This document shows positions 12,590-24,803 of a DNA stretch of 64,000 nt, piece after piece. The notes under the pieces are model-generated. The model was not told where the DNA came from. It saw only the letters and a program-made list of their open reading frames with translations, and did no database searches. The stretch is from Okamejei kenojei (Eukaryota), in NCBI GenBank assembly GCA_035221665.1, contig CM069156.1, positions 28,396,001 through 28,460,000 on the forward strand, in the 5' to 3' direction. The stretch's first letter is position 1. Every line of letters begins with the position of its first letter. The translations under genes and the position numbers were made by a program.

Positions 12590-13012
12590 GAGGTAGGATT
12601 TAAGGAGTATCTTAAAAGAGGAAAAATACATATCTGTATAGAGATGGAGAGAGAGGGAATTTCAATGTTTAAGGTCATTGGCAGTTGTGGTTAAATTTGA
12701 ATATGATCAAGAGGCCAGCAGAACATTGGTATCTCAGAATGTATAGAGCTGGAATGGATTACTGAGAAGGGTGTGATCATGGAGGGATTGGAAAATAAAG
12801 ATAGGAATTTTAAAACTCGGAAATTGCTTAACTGATGCTTAATCATAACTCAGCAAGCACAAAGTATATAGTAAATAAAATGCGGTGCAATGCAGTATGA
12901 GGACCAGACGTTTGGATGATGTCAAGTTCGAATAAGGAAGACTGACCAAGAGTGCATTTGAACGGTTAAGTCTGGAGGCAACAAAGACATTGCTGAGGAT
13001 TTTATTAGTCAA
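12590..13012 (-). mobile_element. Old L2-like LINE remnant, interrupted by the Helitron
   Basis: ttttaaggagtatcttaaa...gagggaattt pattern also seen at about 51270-51480; purine-rich decayed sequence. Confidence 0.45.
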
Positions 13013-13113
13013 CTAGACTAAGTGGGACCAGTTGGGTCCCAGCATCACACAGGAGGGCTGGACCCCCAACGCAATATTTTACCTCTCCACCAATTCCAAT
13101 ATTGGTGGCCAGT

Positions 13114-13145
<32 letters not shown>

Positions 13146-13337
13146 GGGGGTTCTGGAGCGCTAGTATGGGCGTTGTGGGCTGAAGAGACTGGTTTCCAGA
13201 TGGCTAGTATGGACATTGTGGGCCTAATGGATTTTTGGGCTGGTGGCTCAGTCACTCAAGCCTGTTGTGCTGGCAGCTCACTCACTCACGGCTGGTGGGC
13301 TGGCAGTTGACTCACGGCTATTCCTTGAAATTGCATT

Positions 13338-13458
13338 TCAAGTAGGGTGCAAGGCCACCAAATTCAAGTGCAGTTTCTTACCACTTCAAGCAGGGTGCAA
13401 GGCCACCAAATTCAAGTGCAGTTTCATACCATTTCAAGTAGGGTGCAAGGCCACTAAA
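13338..13458. repeat. 48-bp tandem repeat, about 2.5 copies, inside the Helitron
   Basis: tcaagtagggtgcaaggccaccaaa units start at 13338, 13386 and 13434. Confidence 0.9.
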
Positions 13459-13821
13459 GACAGCGAGTCGTGACCTCTCCCTCCTCCATCTTGCAGAGAC
13501 TGATCCACACCCACACTTCTGGGTTTTATAGTCCCACCCCACCTCCCACCAGAAGGGGCGTGGCCTTCATGGCGTGACTGACAGGAGAGAGAATCTCAAC
13601 ATTTTTTAAACACTAATAACTCTTTTATTTTTCATCGATGGGAAAAATCCTCGGCACCCGATGAGCGGAGGGGGACTCTGAGTAAGATGGCCAAAAATCA
13701 CAGCCATACATGGTAGCGTTTTTTCTAAAATCAATATAAAACGCAAACAGAAAGTGGTCAAGATTAGACTTTTAATTATATAGAAGGCAAGGCAACTTTA
13801 ATTAGCAAGGCAACTTTAATT

Positions 13822-14005
13822 AGGCAACACTGCTTTAGCATTTCCAATCCATACGCAACACAGCTTTAACATTTCCAAACCAACGGCAACACAGCTTTAG
13901 CATTTCCAAACCAAGGGCAACACAGCTTTAGCATTTCCAAACCAAAGGCAAAACAGCTTTAGCATTTCCAAAGCAAAGGCAACACAGCTTTAGCATATCC
14001 AAACT
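13822..14005. repeat. About 30-bp tandem repeat, about 6 copies, inside the Helitron
   Basis: Repeated ggcaacacagctttagcatttccaaaccaa. Confidence 0.9.
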
Positions 14006-15214
14006 ATATTTTCAAACCACATTAAGGGCACTGACAGGTTAGTAAAACCACTCACAGTTTAGTAGATATGTGTTCAGTGTTATTCATAGCTCAGACTGAG
14101 AGATGTGACCATCTCGCTCCCCCATCTTGCAGAGACTGACTGAGGCACTCAACACTTCCGGGTTTTATAGTCCCTCTGGAAGGGGCGTGGCCTTCAGGAG
14201 AAAGAATCTCAACAATTTTTAAACACTAATAACACTTTTATTTTTCATCGATTGGAAAAATCCTCTTGTCCTGCGCAGCAGAGGGGGACTCTGAGTAAGA
14301 TGGCCAAAAATCACAGCCGTAAGTGATAGCGTTTTTTTCTAAAATCAATATACAGAACAACAGGAAGTGGTCAAGATCAGAATTTTAGCAATATAGATAG
14401 AGCTGAGGTTATGGAGGAGTCAGGGGATGTTGTGGAAATGGAAACAATCTTAGCAATGGCAATTTCTGCTCAACTGAAATTGAACATGAGATAACCCATC
14501 ATACAATGTAAAGACAAAGAGGATGGGTCAAGAGAAATAAAAGTAGAAACAAATTACAGCAGTGTACATGTAGAAACAGATGCCATGTGTTCAGATGATA
14601 CTGCTGTGGGTCAGCATATGGATATGAGGGGGGAAGGGATTTAGAATGATATTTCAGGGAAAACAAGGTAATACTGTGAGCACTGTAAGATAAATTATTG
14701 CTGATGATTCTATTGTTATGACTCATGTGGCAAGAATGGAAATGGATAGCTGGTGTCACCCGGCCAGTCATAGTAGAGATGCATTGCAGTTGGATGTAAA
14801 AGGTTGCAGGTAGTTTGAGGAATCACATAGAATGTCACTTGTGCCATTAGAAATATCTGGGTATTGTGCTTGGTTTCACACCTGAAAATAGATGCTCAAT
14901 CAAGGATTTCGGCAAAGATAAGCATAAATTTGAGAGGCTACGATAACTTTAAGGACTTTGGAGAAAAAAAGTATGGAGACTGCGTTCTTGTTTGGAAGGA
15001 AAAATGGCTTCTTTGTAAGGCAGGGTGGATGAAGGAAAGAGTGACAACTGCATCTGCGGATATAGAACTTCCAATTTCATTTTCCCAGCTTTTCAAAGCA
15101 AAACAGATTCTCTCCCTCAGCGTTGCATTCTATCGAGATTATGATACCTTCTCCTAGATACCACAGCAGGAGAAACAACAACCTTGCATGACCAGTAATG
15201 GATTGATTGAAGGA

Positions 15215-15517
15215 CATAGCATAAAATCAGGCCCTTTGACCCACAGAAAACACACCATCCATTGATCACCCATTCATACTAGTTGTCTGTTATCCCGCTT
15301 TTGCGTCCACTCCATACATGCTTGGGGTAATTTACAGTGGCCAATTAATGTACAAACTACCATATATTTGGGACATGGGAGGAAACCGGAGAACCCAGAG
15401 AAAACCCTTACAGCCACAGGGAGACGGTGCAAACTCCACACAGATAACAACCAACGTCAGGATCGAACCCGCACGTGTGAGACAGCAGCTCTACCAGCTA
15501 TCCTACTGTGCCGCCCC
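15215..15517 (-). mobile_element. tRNA-derived SINE (HE1/V-SINE-like) with a CR1-like tail
   Basis: Minus strand GGGGCGGCACAG..GCTGGTAGAGC (A box), GGTTCGATCC (B box), core GTGTGGAGTTTGCA..CTCCGGTTTCCTCCCA. Confidence 0.8.
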
Positions 15518-17329
15518 TGTGCTGGATTGTTTTTAAATTCATTGCTGGGTACTAACCATTCATTACTTCTTGACTAGTCTGCTTTGTCCCTACTTTGTTA
15601 AACAGTATTGCTATTGATTGATTCATTACATGGAACATTAATTAGCTGCATTGTTTTGCATTTAAATGCATTGACTAGGAATATTGCCTTTTGAAATGCC
15701 ATTTTGAAAATTAAAAATCAATGTGTATTCCCTCAACCTGTACAAAACAAGTCAAACATCTACATAGCATGCACTTTCTTTTGAGCATTTATTAGGAACA
15801 TTTAGAAAAATAGATACAATTACTTATGAAAGAACTATGATTTATCATATTCTATTTTTGAACACTTTGGTGAATCATGTCCTTGTCATGGTTATCTTTA
15901 AATCTAGACCATCATTATGTATATTATGTTCCATCAAGGCTATGTTCATAGCTGTCCAGTTCCTTGTCGTATTACTTTATCTGTGATGCAGCTCATAGTT
16001 CATTACGTAATTGTTGCAAATAATTCAAGAGATCACCACAGCTCAGTCCTCCTCTTGTTATTTCTGTTCTTACTTCCTATCAATGAGCTCCTAGTCGTTA
16101 TTCAAACCTATCCTTTTACGGATGATTTCATTTCACATTCATTAACATCCTTCACCTGCAACCTGCAATGTTTATGACCTCTCACCTCTCACAGTTACAA
16201 TTATGAATCACCATTTTTGATCTCCTCCATGCTAAAGAATAGAAAATTAGAACATTTTGTTCTTTCAATTAAAGGGAATAGATTTATGATTTTTGTCTAA
16301 GCAATATCTATTCATAATCTTTGATGGCTCCAAATTTAACTTCACTTCCTGAATACAGGAACAGGATTAGGCTTTGCAGCCCTTAAGCTAATGGTGATAT
16401 TCAACTGATTCATGAATTACATATCTTTGCTCTTTATCCTTGATAGCATTACTTAATAAACAATTAAATATAGACCTCACTATCTCCCTTACCTTGCTTG
16501 ATAAAAAAACTGTATTTGTATCCTGAGTCCCTATTAGGATATATTACAGACAGTTTTACAGCAAATGGGCCTCTGTTCCAATGCTCCTCTCAAACTCAAG
16601 GCGTCTCAGCTTCTGCATTCCACCCAACCTCAGGGGAGGGATGCTCTCAGTTCCAACGCTACTCCCAAATTCAGGGGCCTCTGTTGTTATGCTCCTTTCA
16701 TACTCAAGATGCTGCTGTTCCTGTACTTCTTCCAAACTCTAGCATTCTCAAGTTCACCTCCTCCTCTTAAACTCAGCGAATCTCCATATCTGAGCTCCTT
16801 TCAAACACATTCCCCTTTGTTTCAGCACTCCTCTTTATATTCAGGGAGGCTCAATTCCTCTAGACAGGATCAGAAGCTCCTCGTATTTAAGAGCAGCTCA
16901 ATAAGATGCCTCCTGAGTTTAAGAGGTGGGGGCAAGGATAGAGATCCCTAGATTTTAAGAGGAGAACCTGAATATAGATTATTTGATTATAAGACAACCC
17001 CAGGAATGGAAACCTCTTTTGTTGTTGAGGAGAGCGGGAGATAGAAGCCCCGAGTTTAGATTGTTTATGCTGAGTGATGATGTGTTGGAAATGAAGCAGG
17101 AATTAGAAGGAATGGAATGGAAGAATAGAGACGAGGTATGGTGAAGGGAATGAAGAGAGAAGTAGACTGAGGGCACGGGAAAGAAGGGTGGCAGTTAGGG
17201 AAAAGAGCACCAAGGTAGAGAGATTGAGAAAGCAGGGTGTAGAGAGATCTGAGGTTAAGGGTGGTGTGTGTGTTTGTGTGTGTCTCTTGCTCTCCCTTTA
17301 TGCATGTTGTTCCAAGTTTGTGCAATAGA

Positions 17330-17600
17330 TGCTTGTCTCCAGTCACGATGTTAAGTAATATGGCAGCAAAAGTATGTGAAGCAAGTTCCCACAAATAGCA
17401 AAATGATAATGACCTGATAATCTGTTTTAGCATTCTAGAGTTAAGGATAAATACCGGAAGGGAGTGTTACCATATTCTTCCTGTTTAAATCCACCTAAGA
17501 GAAAAAATACAGTACCTGGGGCTAATGCTTCATCTAAAAGTAACCTCCTTTGATGGTGCAGGTTTTCCCTCATATCTGTCATTGAGTGCCAGCCTATTTC
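17330..17600 (-). mobile_element. Old Deu-domain SINE-like remnant
   Basis: Resembles the + strand copy at 52870-53190 (tgtgggaacttgct...tttgctgc, attatcagg). Confidence 0.45.
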
Positions 17601-18573
17601 CTCCATTGCTGGACCCATTCCCTCAAAAAGCTTCACTGTTTTATATAAATGTAAAGAATTTTGTTACAATATATTAAGAGATCTTTCACTCTCCTTGTTA
17701 AGAAAAATATTTATGCCAATTAATCTTTCTTGCCTTTGGCTTACAACTTTTCTTTCTTATCTTACTCTTACTCTTACTATTTATGAACTACATTTCTCCG
17801 AACAATCCTTTTGCACTCCTTAAATCTTCCTACTACATATTGTGCTGGTATTCAATTTATTACATTATTGTTTCTAAAGTCGGCATAAAAATTAAAAACT
17901 TTTTAAAGACTGATGAAATTTTCTCATGGTTTTCCCCCTCTATGCTATATGTTTCATAGATTTGCTTAACTATTGCATGGTCAATCTATTCATGAATAAG
18001 AGGCATCAAATCTGAGCTTGATTTTACACCATGTGTCAAAATATGGGCAGCTTCCAGAAGACATATGCCTATAATCTCCTGCAGACCTGTATCCCCCTGA
18101 GATGTATGCGGTCCAACAAGTCTGGGTCTTGAGCATCTCCAAACTTAACTTTTTACCCATCAGCAATGATGGAATTCATCCCCTAAGCCTTGCCTCCACA
18201 CCATGTGTATTTTGTAAGTTAAGGCTCTTGTTAAAATCTACCTGTTTGATCAAGCCTTTGGTAATCTAGTCTGGTATCTCTTCTGCGCATCTTGGGAATG
18301 TTTTCATTTTGGGAAAGTCATGATATCAGAAAGTTGATGTTGTTGGATAGCAACTCTATGTTACTATCTGGTTTTTCTCTCCCTGATCAAGTCTTGAGAC
18401 CAAGTGCAGAGCACTTTCTACAACATGGGATGTGATCAGCACCTACAGAGTTACGCCATGTTCTCTTTGTGTAAATTACAATGATATTTATTGAGTGAAT
18501 CAATTCTGAGTTTTGCTAATCTAATCTAATTTTAAATATTTACCGATATAACACAAACTTTTTGGTTACTCAC

Positions 18574-18742
18574 GCTTGGATGATGCATTTTTAAAAGCAA
18601 TCTGAAGAGGAAAGAGCCAGTATATTAGGTGTGGTTGGTATGTTCCATCATAAACGTATAGGACATTGAGTGCTTTGCTGGCTTCTAAAATCATTTGCTC
18701 ATTTGTGGCAAAGGGCTGCATGCAGGGTGTCTTTTCAAATTT
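18574..18742 (-). CDS. Exon of the unnamed TBC-like gene (KFEKTPCMQPF...GTYQPHLIYWLFPLQIAFKNASSK)
   Basis: aaacag acceptor, gtgagt donor; 169 nt, phase 0 to 1. Confidence 0.92.
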
Positions 18743-19256
18743 CTGTTTCAATGGGAAATATAAGCATGAACCATGGTTATGTTTGTTTTGCATATATTTA
18801 TACACTAGAGCTTGTACCTATTATAATAAATGACCAAAATCCAAGTTAAATTCAGGACAATTAGTGCTTCATTGTCTTTGAATTTAGCAGCTATCAGTAA
18901 TGTATGAGATGCAGATTGGTCTCTAATAATGTGAGCTGATTGTAGCATGAATATTATTAAATAGAAACTGATTGAAAAATGTCCCAAAGTACTGGGGTAA
19001 CGCAGCAGGTCTGGCAGCATCTCTGGAGATTGTGGATAGATATATCTACATTCTCCAGATGCAAAGAGTTACTCCAGCACTTTGTGTCTTTTTTTGTAAA
19101 CCAGCATCTGCCATTCCTTGCATCTCCAGGAACTGGATTGAGTCTGATCCAACATATTTTTCACTTAACACCCTTATATCTAATTATAGAAAGGAGGCTT
19201 CCATCCCAATCTGATAAAGGATACTAGAGAATTAAAAATAAAATGAGTGATCTCAC

Positions 19257-19380
19257 CTCAACTACAGCATTTTCTACTAGTCCTGAAATAGGAGAACGTG
19301 TCGCACTTCTCAGTTTCAGTTCAGACACTCTGCGTTCAAGTACCCACCCAAACCTTTCCCTGGTAGTTTTTTCAACACTT
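19257..19380 (-). CDS. Exon of the unnamed TBC-like gene (SVEKTTRERFG...SPISGLVENAVVE)
   Basis: ttcttcacacag acceptor, gtgaga donor; 124 nt, phase 2 to 0. Confidence 0.92.
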
Positions 19381-19679
19381 CTGTGTGAAGAACAAATATT
19401 AAACACACAGCCATCCACAGGGAAAAGCAACATTAAAACATGAAGAAGCACAGAATTCAAACATGTGTCAATTTCCATGTCACATAGCAGTACGTGAATA
19501 CCTTCACCACAAGGATTACAGTGGTTTAAGAAGTAGCATCACTATTTACTTCAGATGTATTAAGGTTAGATAATAAATGCTATGTTTGCAATAACAGCCA
19601 CATACCAAGAAATGAATATTTAAGAAATATTCAAAGCTAAGATCAATAAATAATTCCATATAACCTAAATAACCTAAAA

Positions 19680-19945
19680 GAGGGCATAGCTTTAAGGAGA
19701 TGTGAGGGCTCTTCTTTTTTACACATTTTTTGGGTGTCTGGAATGGCCGCCAGAGTTGGTGGTGGAGGTAATATAATAGTGGCATTTAAGAGGCTTTCAG
19801 ATAGGCACATAGATATGCAGACAATGGAGGGGCATCAGGCAGATGATGTGCAGGCAGATGATTAGTTTATTTTAGCGTTGTGTTCAGCATAGCCATTCTG
19901 GGCCAACGGGTCTGTTCCTGTGCTGTACTGTTGTATGTTCTATTA
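19680..19945 (+). mobile_element. CR1 LINE 3' end fragment
   Basis: agggcatagctttaagg...ggcatttaagaggct...ctgttcctgtgctgtactgttgtatgttcta 3' terminus. Confidence 0.75.
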
Positions 19946-19992
19946 CATCAGCTATTTATAATATTGAAATGATATGACAAACAAATTCTTAC

Positions 19993-20218
19993 TCTACTGA
20001 AGCTCTGGTCTGGTACTTTTCATTCATTTTCAGCAGCTTATCCAGCCAAATGAAGCTTCTTAGTGTCGATGGAAGCAACTTTCCTTTCAGTTGTTCACTA
20101 ACAGCAAGCATCTGTTCACGATCTGACCTGAGGACAGCACAGACAGAGGTTCCAAGTACCTCACTCTGCACACAGCTCAGCGCTGGAGGGTTCAACTTGG
20201 GACTCGGGTTGTTGCCAT
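19993..20218 (-). CDS. Exon of the unnamed TBC-like gene (GNNPSPK...GKLLPSTLRSFIWLDKLL...RASV)
   Basis: ttgcag acceptor, gtaaga donor; 226 nt, phase 1 to 2; LPSTLRSFIW matches the TBC N-terminal (I/L)PxxLRxxVW motif. Confidence 0.92.
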
Positions 20219-20369
20219 CTGCAAACCACTTAAGTCATTATATTCAAGAAGATATTTCACAGGGTATAATAATGCAATGCAAAATTGTGACTAAAATATA
20301 TTTAATCAAGTGAGAAGCAAATTCTGTTCAGAAAATATGTTGTGGATTAAATATAAATGATTGTGCACC

Positions 20370-20590
20370 TAGAAACATAGAAAATAGGTGCAGGAGTAGG
20401 CCATTAGGCCCTTTGAGCCAGCGCCGCCATTCAATAAGATCATAGCTGATCATCCAGAATCAGTACCCTGTTCCTGCTTTCTCCCTATATCCCTTGATTC
20501 CGTTCGCCCTAAGAGCTATATCTAACTCTCTCATGAATACATTCAGTGAATTGGCCTCCACTGCCTTCTGTAGCAGAGAACTCCATAGAA
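20370..20590 (-). mobile_element. CR1 LINE 3' end
   Basis: tagaaacatagaaaataggtgcaggagtaggcc is the reverse complement of the CR1 tail at 48060-48128. Confidence 0.85.
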
Positions 20591-21730
20591 TTCAGAAGAG
20601 AATTCCACCTGTGAAACAACTCACCGGTGCAGATGGAATAGTTTACAAGGTATATTCAGATAACTGGTATGTGAGATTGAGATTATTTGTAAAGGGACCT
20701 ATCATCTTTTACTGTCCCTAAAAATATTTTTTTCTGATATGGAAGATTTTTGTATAGTTAATCATTTGAATTTTGTGTATCAATCTGTAGGCAATTCTAA
20801 ATTTGTCTTCTGTTCTTTATATACTTTTACTCAAATACATAATTTACAAGAGGCTAAAGAATATTTGGTCTTCATAGTGATATTCAAACTAGCAAACTAT
20901 AAAGTGCATAAGTGAACTCTTTCTATGGAAATATTCTCTTGGCTATAGTGTTTTTAAGCACAAATATACAAGGCATGGCAGGATTCTATCTAATGATTGT
21001 CAGCATATTGGTAAACCAGATGGATGTTTAATATAATCTGATAATTTCAGAATTACTCACTTCACCTGTTTCCACCTATTACTTGCTAGGCTTTATCCCA
21101 CCACAACCTCTCATTTCAGCTTTCTCCCCTCTACTACAATCAGCCTGAAGAACTATCCCAACCCAAAATGTAGCCTGTCCATTCTCTCCACAGATGCTGC
21201 CTAACCAGCTGAGTTCCTCCAGCACTTTGTGTTTTGTTCAAGATTCCAGCATCTGCAGTTCCATGTCTCTCCATTTCAGATATACTTCCTGGTGTTTGCT
21301 CAAACATGACCTAATATCTTAAATTTACAACATGCCAGGGTGGAGCTGATCTCATTAATTTTGGTTTACCAGAACACAGCCAGTGCTAATTGGCTGCAAT
21401 GTCCTTTGAGAAGAGATCCGAGAATAGGAAGCAAAACAAACCCTGAATTAATAATACACTGTGATGTGAACATGTACCCTAGGTTCATCAAATGGAGTTA
21501 TGAACAACTGAACCACTCATGTGAACGAGACAAACCCAAACAACGGAGATTTTTAATCTGTTCCACCCTACTGAACTCTGGAAATCCAATCTCATGGGAC
21601 TTCCAAAGAAGTTCAGAGAGAAAATGACTTGCTCTTAATTTAAGTTAGTGGAATAGCATTTCCAAGCACCTATAGTTTATGGTTAACCAAGAGTTATGGT
21701 TAAGGACTACTGCTACTGTTTGCATATTAC

Positions 21731-21875
21731 CATTCAAATTTAATTGAAATTCAGATCGTCTCCGCATTGTCAGGTGCAAATCTTTACTCTCCACTGATTT
21801 TGGGCGTCTTCCAACCAATTCTGCCCATGAGAACTGTCGTGTTGCTGAGTTGTGTGCCAAATCAGAGTCATAATC
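21731..21875 (-). CDS. Exon of the unnamed TBC-like gene (DYDSDLAHNSATRQFSW...QLNLN)
   Basis: ttattcccacag acceptor, gtaata donor; 145 nt, phase 0 to 1. Confidence 0.85.
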
Positions 21876-22304
21876 CTGTGGGAATAAATAAATAGGAGCA
21901 ATGAAAATTCAATTTCTTCCCTTTAAAAATACTTTAGTAAATATTCCATATAAATTGGTAATTTAGCCCTTTTATTGTTGGAAGTGTTTTTTTGTAATAT
22001 TCATTATTATGCCTTTGGCTTCACCCATCATTCTGGCCTGGCATCTCTGATTGCTGCTAATGCCCATGCATCTATGCCTGGATGCATGGAACATTAATTG
22101 CTGCTTACTCTTCCTTTGTTGTTGGAGAACTATTGTGACAACCAGCGAAATAATACAAGAGTGCAATACCACTGAAATAAATTGCCCATCAAAAAATCTT
22201 AGGTTTCTGCTCTTTGCAATATGCAAAAGAACCCATCCCATTTAATGATCTGGGAAATGTTTATCCATCAGAGTAGTCCAAATGCTGCACGATGGGGTTC
22301 TTAC

Positions 22305-22342
22305 CGTATCGTCATTCATGGGCACATCACATTCATCTTCGT
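22305..22342 (-). CDS. Tentative acidic micro-exon (DEDECDVPMNDDT)
   Basis: Strong gtaaga donor; phase 1 to 0 fits between 26393-26444 and 21731-21875, but the acceptor is weak. Confidence 0.35.
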
Positions 22343-22816
22343 CTGATGTGATGAGGCCTCCTCACTGGCTATCTTGATTCCAGCACCTAGGCCAAAGCAA
22401 TGGCTGCAAAGAGTAGAGGTACTGACCCTATAATGTCCCTCATTCCCTCTGACAAAGCAAAGCTGGAACCAAAGATTAACCTTTCCTCAAAGTTGTCATT
22501 GATTTAGATGTCTGATATTTGGACACACATAAAATATTAAAGTTGAGATAAATAGGTTAAAAGAAAAGTTTTTAAATAAAATATAAAGTTAATTAAAAAA
22601 CACACAAAATATTAAATACTTTAAAATAAAGTACAATAATTAAAATAAATGCTCCTCTCTGCCTCCTAATCTGCAGGATTAGATAACTCATTAAAATCAA
22701 TATGGTTTTGGATCCTGCCACAAGATATAAGTACTTCTAGTATTACCATTGTCTTTAATAATACCTTTAATGATTTCCATGTGTTTTTAGAATTGACTTT
22801 GTTTTTTAATTTAAAA

Positions 22817-24803
22817 CTAGACTGTGGGTCCCATTGGGTCCTGTCACACGGGAGGCCTGGTCCCCCAACCCGTTCCCCCAACACATTATTTCACCACTCA
22901 CCCATAGCCCCCACAACTGCACAGGCACGGCTCATTTCCTCTCATCCCCAGCACTCTCTCCCCTTCCTCTTCACCCACCCTCTTCTTTCCTCTCTCTTCC
23001 TCCCTCCCCCAATCCCTCCCTTACCTCTCCTTTCCCCTACCCTCAGTCACTCCCTCCCTCTCTCCATAACCTCTCCCCTCCCTACCCCACTCCTATCCCT
23101 CTATCCCCACCTCCCCCTCTATTCCCACCATTCTCCCTTATCACCTCCCCCACTTTCCCCTCTCTCCCTCCCTACCTCCTCCTCTTCCTCAATTTCACCA
23201 CTCTCCCTCCTCACCTCCCCAGGATCTTGAGGTTGCCGCTTCTCTGACCGGAGGTTGCCTTGACTGGAGGTTGCCTTGACCGGTGGCCATGCCGACCGGA
23301 GGCCGTGCCGACTGGTCCGACAGGAGGCTGCGCCGACCGGACGCCGCACTGACCGGAAGACGAGCCGGGCAATGCCAGGCAGAGGTGGGCGCCGTCAGTG
23401 ACTGACACCGGAGGCTGTGCCATCTGCACGCAAGAAGGGAGAGGAGTGGCAACCTCGAGATCCTGGGGAGGTGAAGATGGAGAGTGGGGGAGGAGGGGGG
23501 ATAGAGGGAGAGGAGGGGGGTAGGGAGGGGAGAGATGGAGGGAGGGAGGGTTGGAATGACTGAGGGTAGGGGAAAGGAGAGGTGCAGGAGGATAGGAGGA
23601 GAGGGGAAAGAAGAGGAAGGAGGTGAGGAGGGAGAGTGGGGGAGGAGGGGAATAGAGGGACAGGAGGGGAGAGTGGGGGAAGTCAGGAGTGGGGAATAGT
23701 GGGAGAGGAGGGCAGTGGGGGAGGTGAGGAGGGATAGTGAGGGGGATAGGGAGAGATGAGGAGTGGGGGGATAGAGAGATAAGAGGGGGGTAGGGGAGAG
23801 GAGAGGAGTTATGGAGTGACTGAGGGCAGGGGAAAGGAGAGGTAGGGAGGAATTGGGGGAGGGAGGAGGTGAGGGGAATGAAGAGGAATGGTGAAGAGGA
23901 GGGGGATGGAGTGCTAGGGATGAGGGGAAATGAGCCATGCCTGCACAGTTGGGGGCTACGAGTGAGTTTTGAAATATTGCGTTGGGGGAACAGATTGCAT
24001 TGGGGGACCAGGCCTCCTGTGTGACAGGGACCCACTTAGTCGAGTACATAACTAAAACTCTCATCTTGTTATCTTCTGGTTTGCATTGTTTTTGCAAATG
24101 CGCAAAAATGGTACACGATAGCACTATGATGTTTCGCCACATTACTCACCATTCTCCTGTGCTGCAAATGCAACAAGTTTTGATCAGATCGGTGGTATAT
24201 TTTAAAAGTTATTAAGGTTTAAAAATCTTTAAAACTGCGCATATGCAGATTGGTCTCCTCTCCTGTCAGTCACCACCGGGATGGCGATGCCAAGTCACCA
24301 GTGGAGCCCGCCTCTGCCCGACGTTGCCCAGCGTGTCTTCCGGTCGACGTGGCCTCCGGTGTCAGTCACCGGCAGTGGCCGCTTCTGCCCAGCATTGCCC
24401 GGCGCTTCTTCCAGTCGGCGCGGCCTCTGGTGTCAGTCAAAGACGGCGCCCACCTCTGCCTGGCGTTGCCCGGCGCGTCTTCTGATCTGTGCGGCCTCCG
24501 GTCAGCGCAGCCTCCTGTCAGACCGGTTGGCACGGCCTCTGGTCAATGTGGCCTCCGGTCAAGGCAACCGGCAGGAAGGTGGGCGACAGCAGACAGGCGG
24601 GCCGCAGCAGGCAGGGGTTTTTAAACCTTAATATCCTTTAAAATATACCACCGATTGGAACAAAACGTTGGTGCATTTGCAGCACAGGAAAATGGTGAGT
24701 AAGGTGGTGAAAAATCGTAGAGCTATTGCGTAGCGTTTTTGCGCAAATGTAAAAACAACGCAAACCGGAAGAGAACATGATGAGAGATTTAGTTACGTAT
24801 AGA
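22817..24803 (-). mobile_element. Non-autonomous Helitron with internal fold-back (inverted) duplications
   Basis: Minus strand A|TCTATAC...GTCTAG|T with a degenerate GGGWCCCA..GGGTCC hairpin; 3' region related to 13013-13100; three pairs of internal inverted repeats. Confidence 0.8.

Larger units (their letters stand above)
13013..14397 (-). mobile_element. Non-autonomous Helitron with a duplicated 5' module
   Basis: Minus strand reads A|TCTATAT...GTCTAG|T (TC start, CTAG end, A-T target, no TSD); subterminal hairpin GGGACC/GGTCCC at 13024-13040; 13470-13784 is a diverged copy of 14105-14397. Confidence 0.85.

Noticed and set aside
13113-13150. Long poly-G run as a functional G-quadruplex or poly-Gly ORF
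   Set aside because: It is a homopolymer inside a transposon, its length is unreliable in assemblies, and there is no other support.
13822-14005. Regular about 30-bp repeats resembling a CRISPR array
   Set aside because: Units are contiguous with no unique spacers, there are no cas genes, and the context is eukaryotic.
15430-15517. tRNA gene (A and B boxes present)
   Set aside because: No complete cloverleaf; it continues into a SINE core and LINE-like tail.
16565-16951. 128-aa ORF with a weak internal repeat about 108 bp apart (gggcctctgtt..atgctcct)
   Set aside because: No recognisable domain or splice pattern; probably decayed repeat sequence.
22781-24142. Long Pro/Ser/Leu-rich ORFs (up to 315 aa)
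   Set aside because: Products of the C/T- and G/A-rich low-complexity arms of the Helitron; no domain motifs or splice support.
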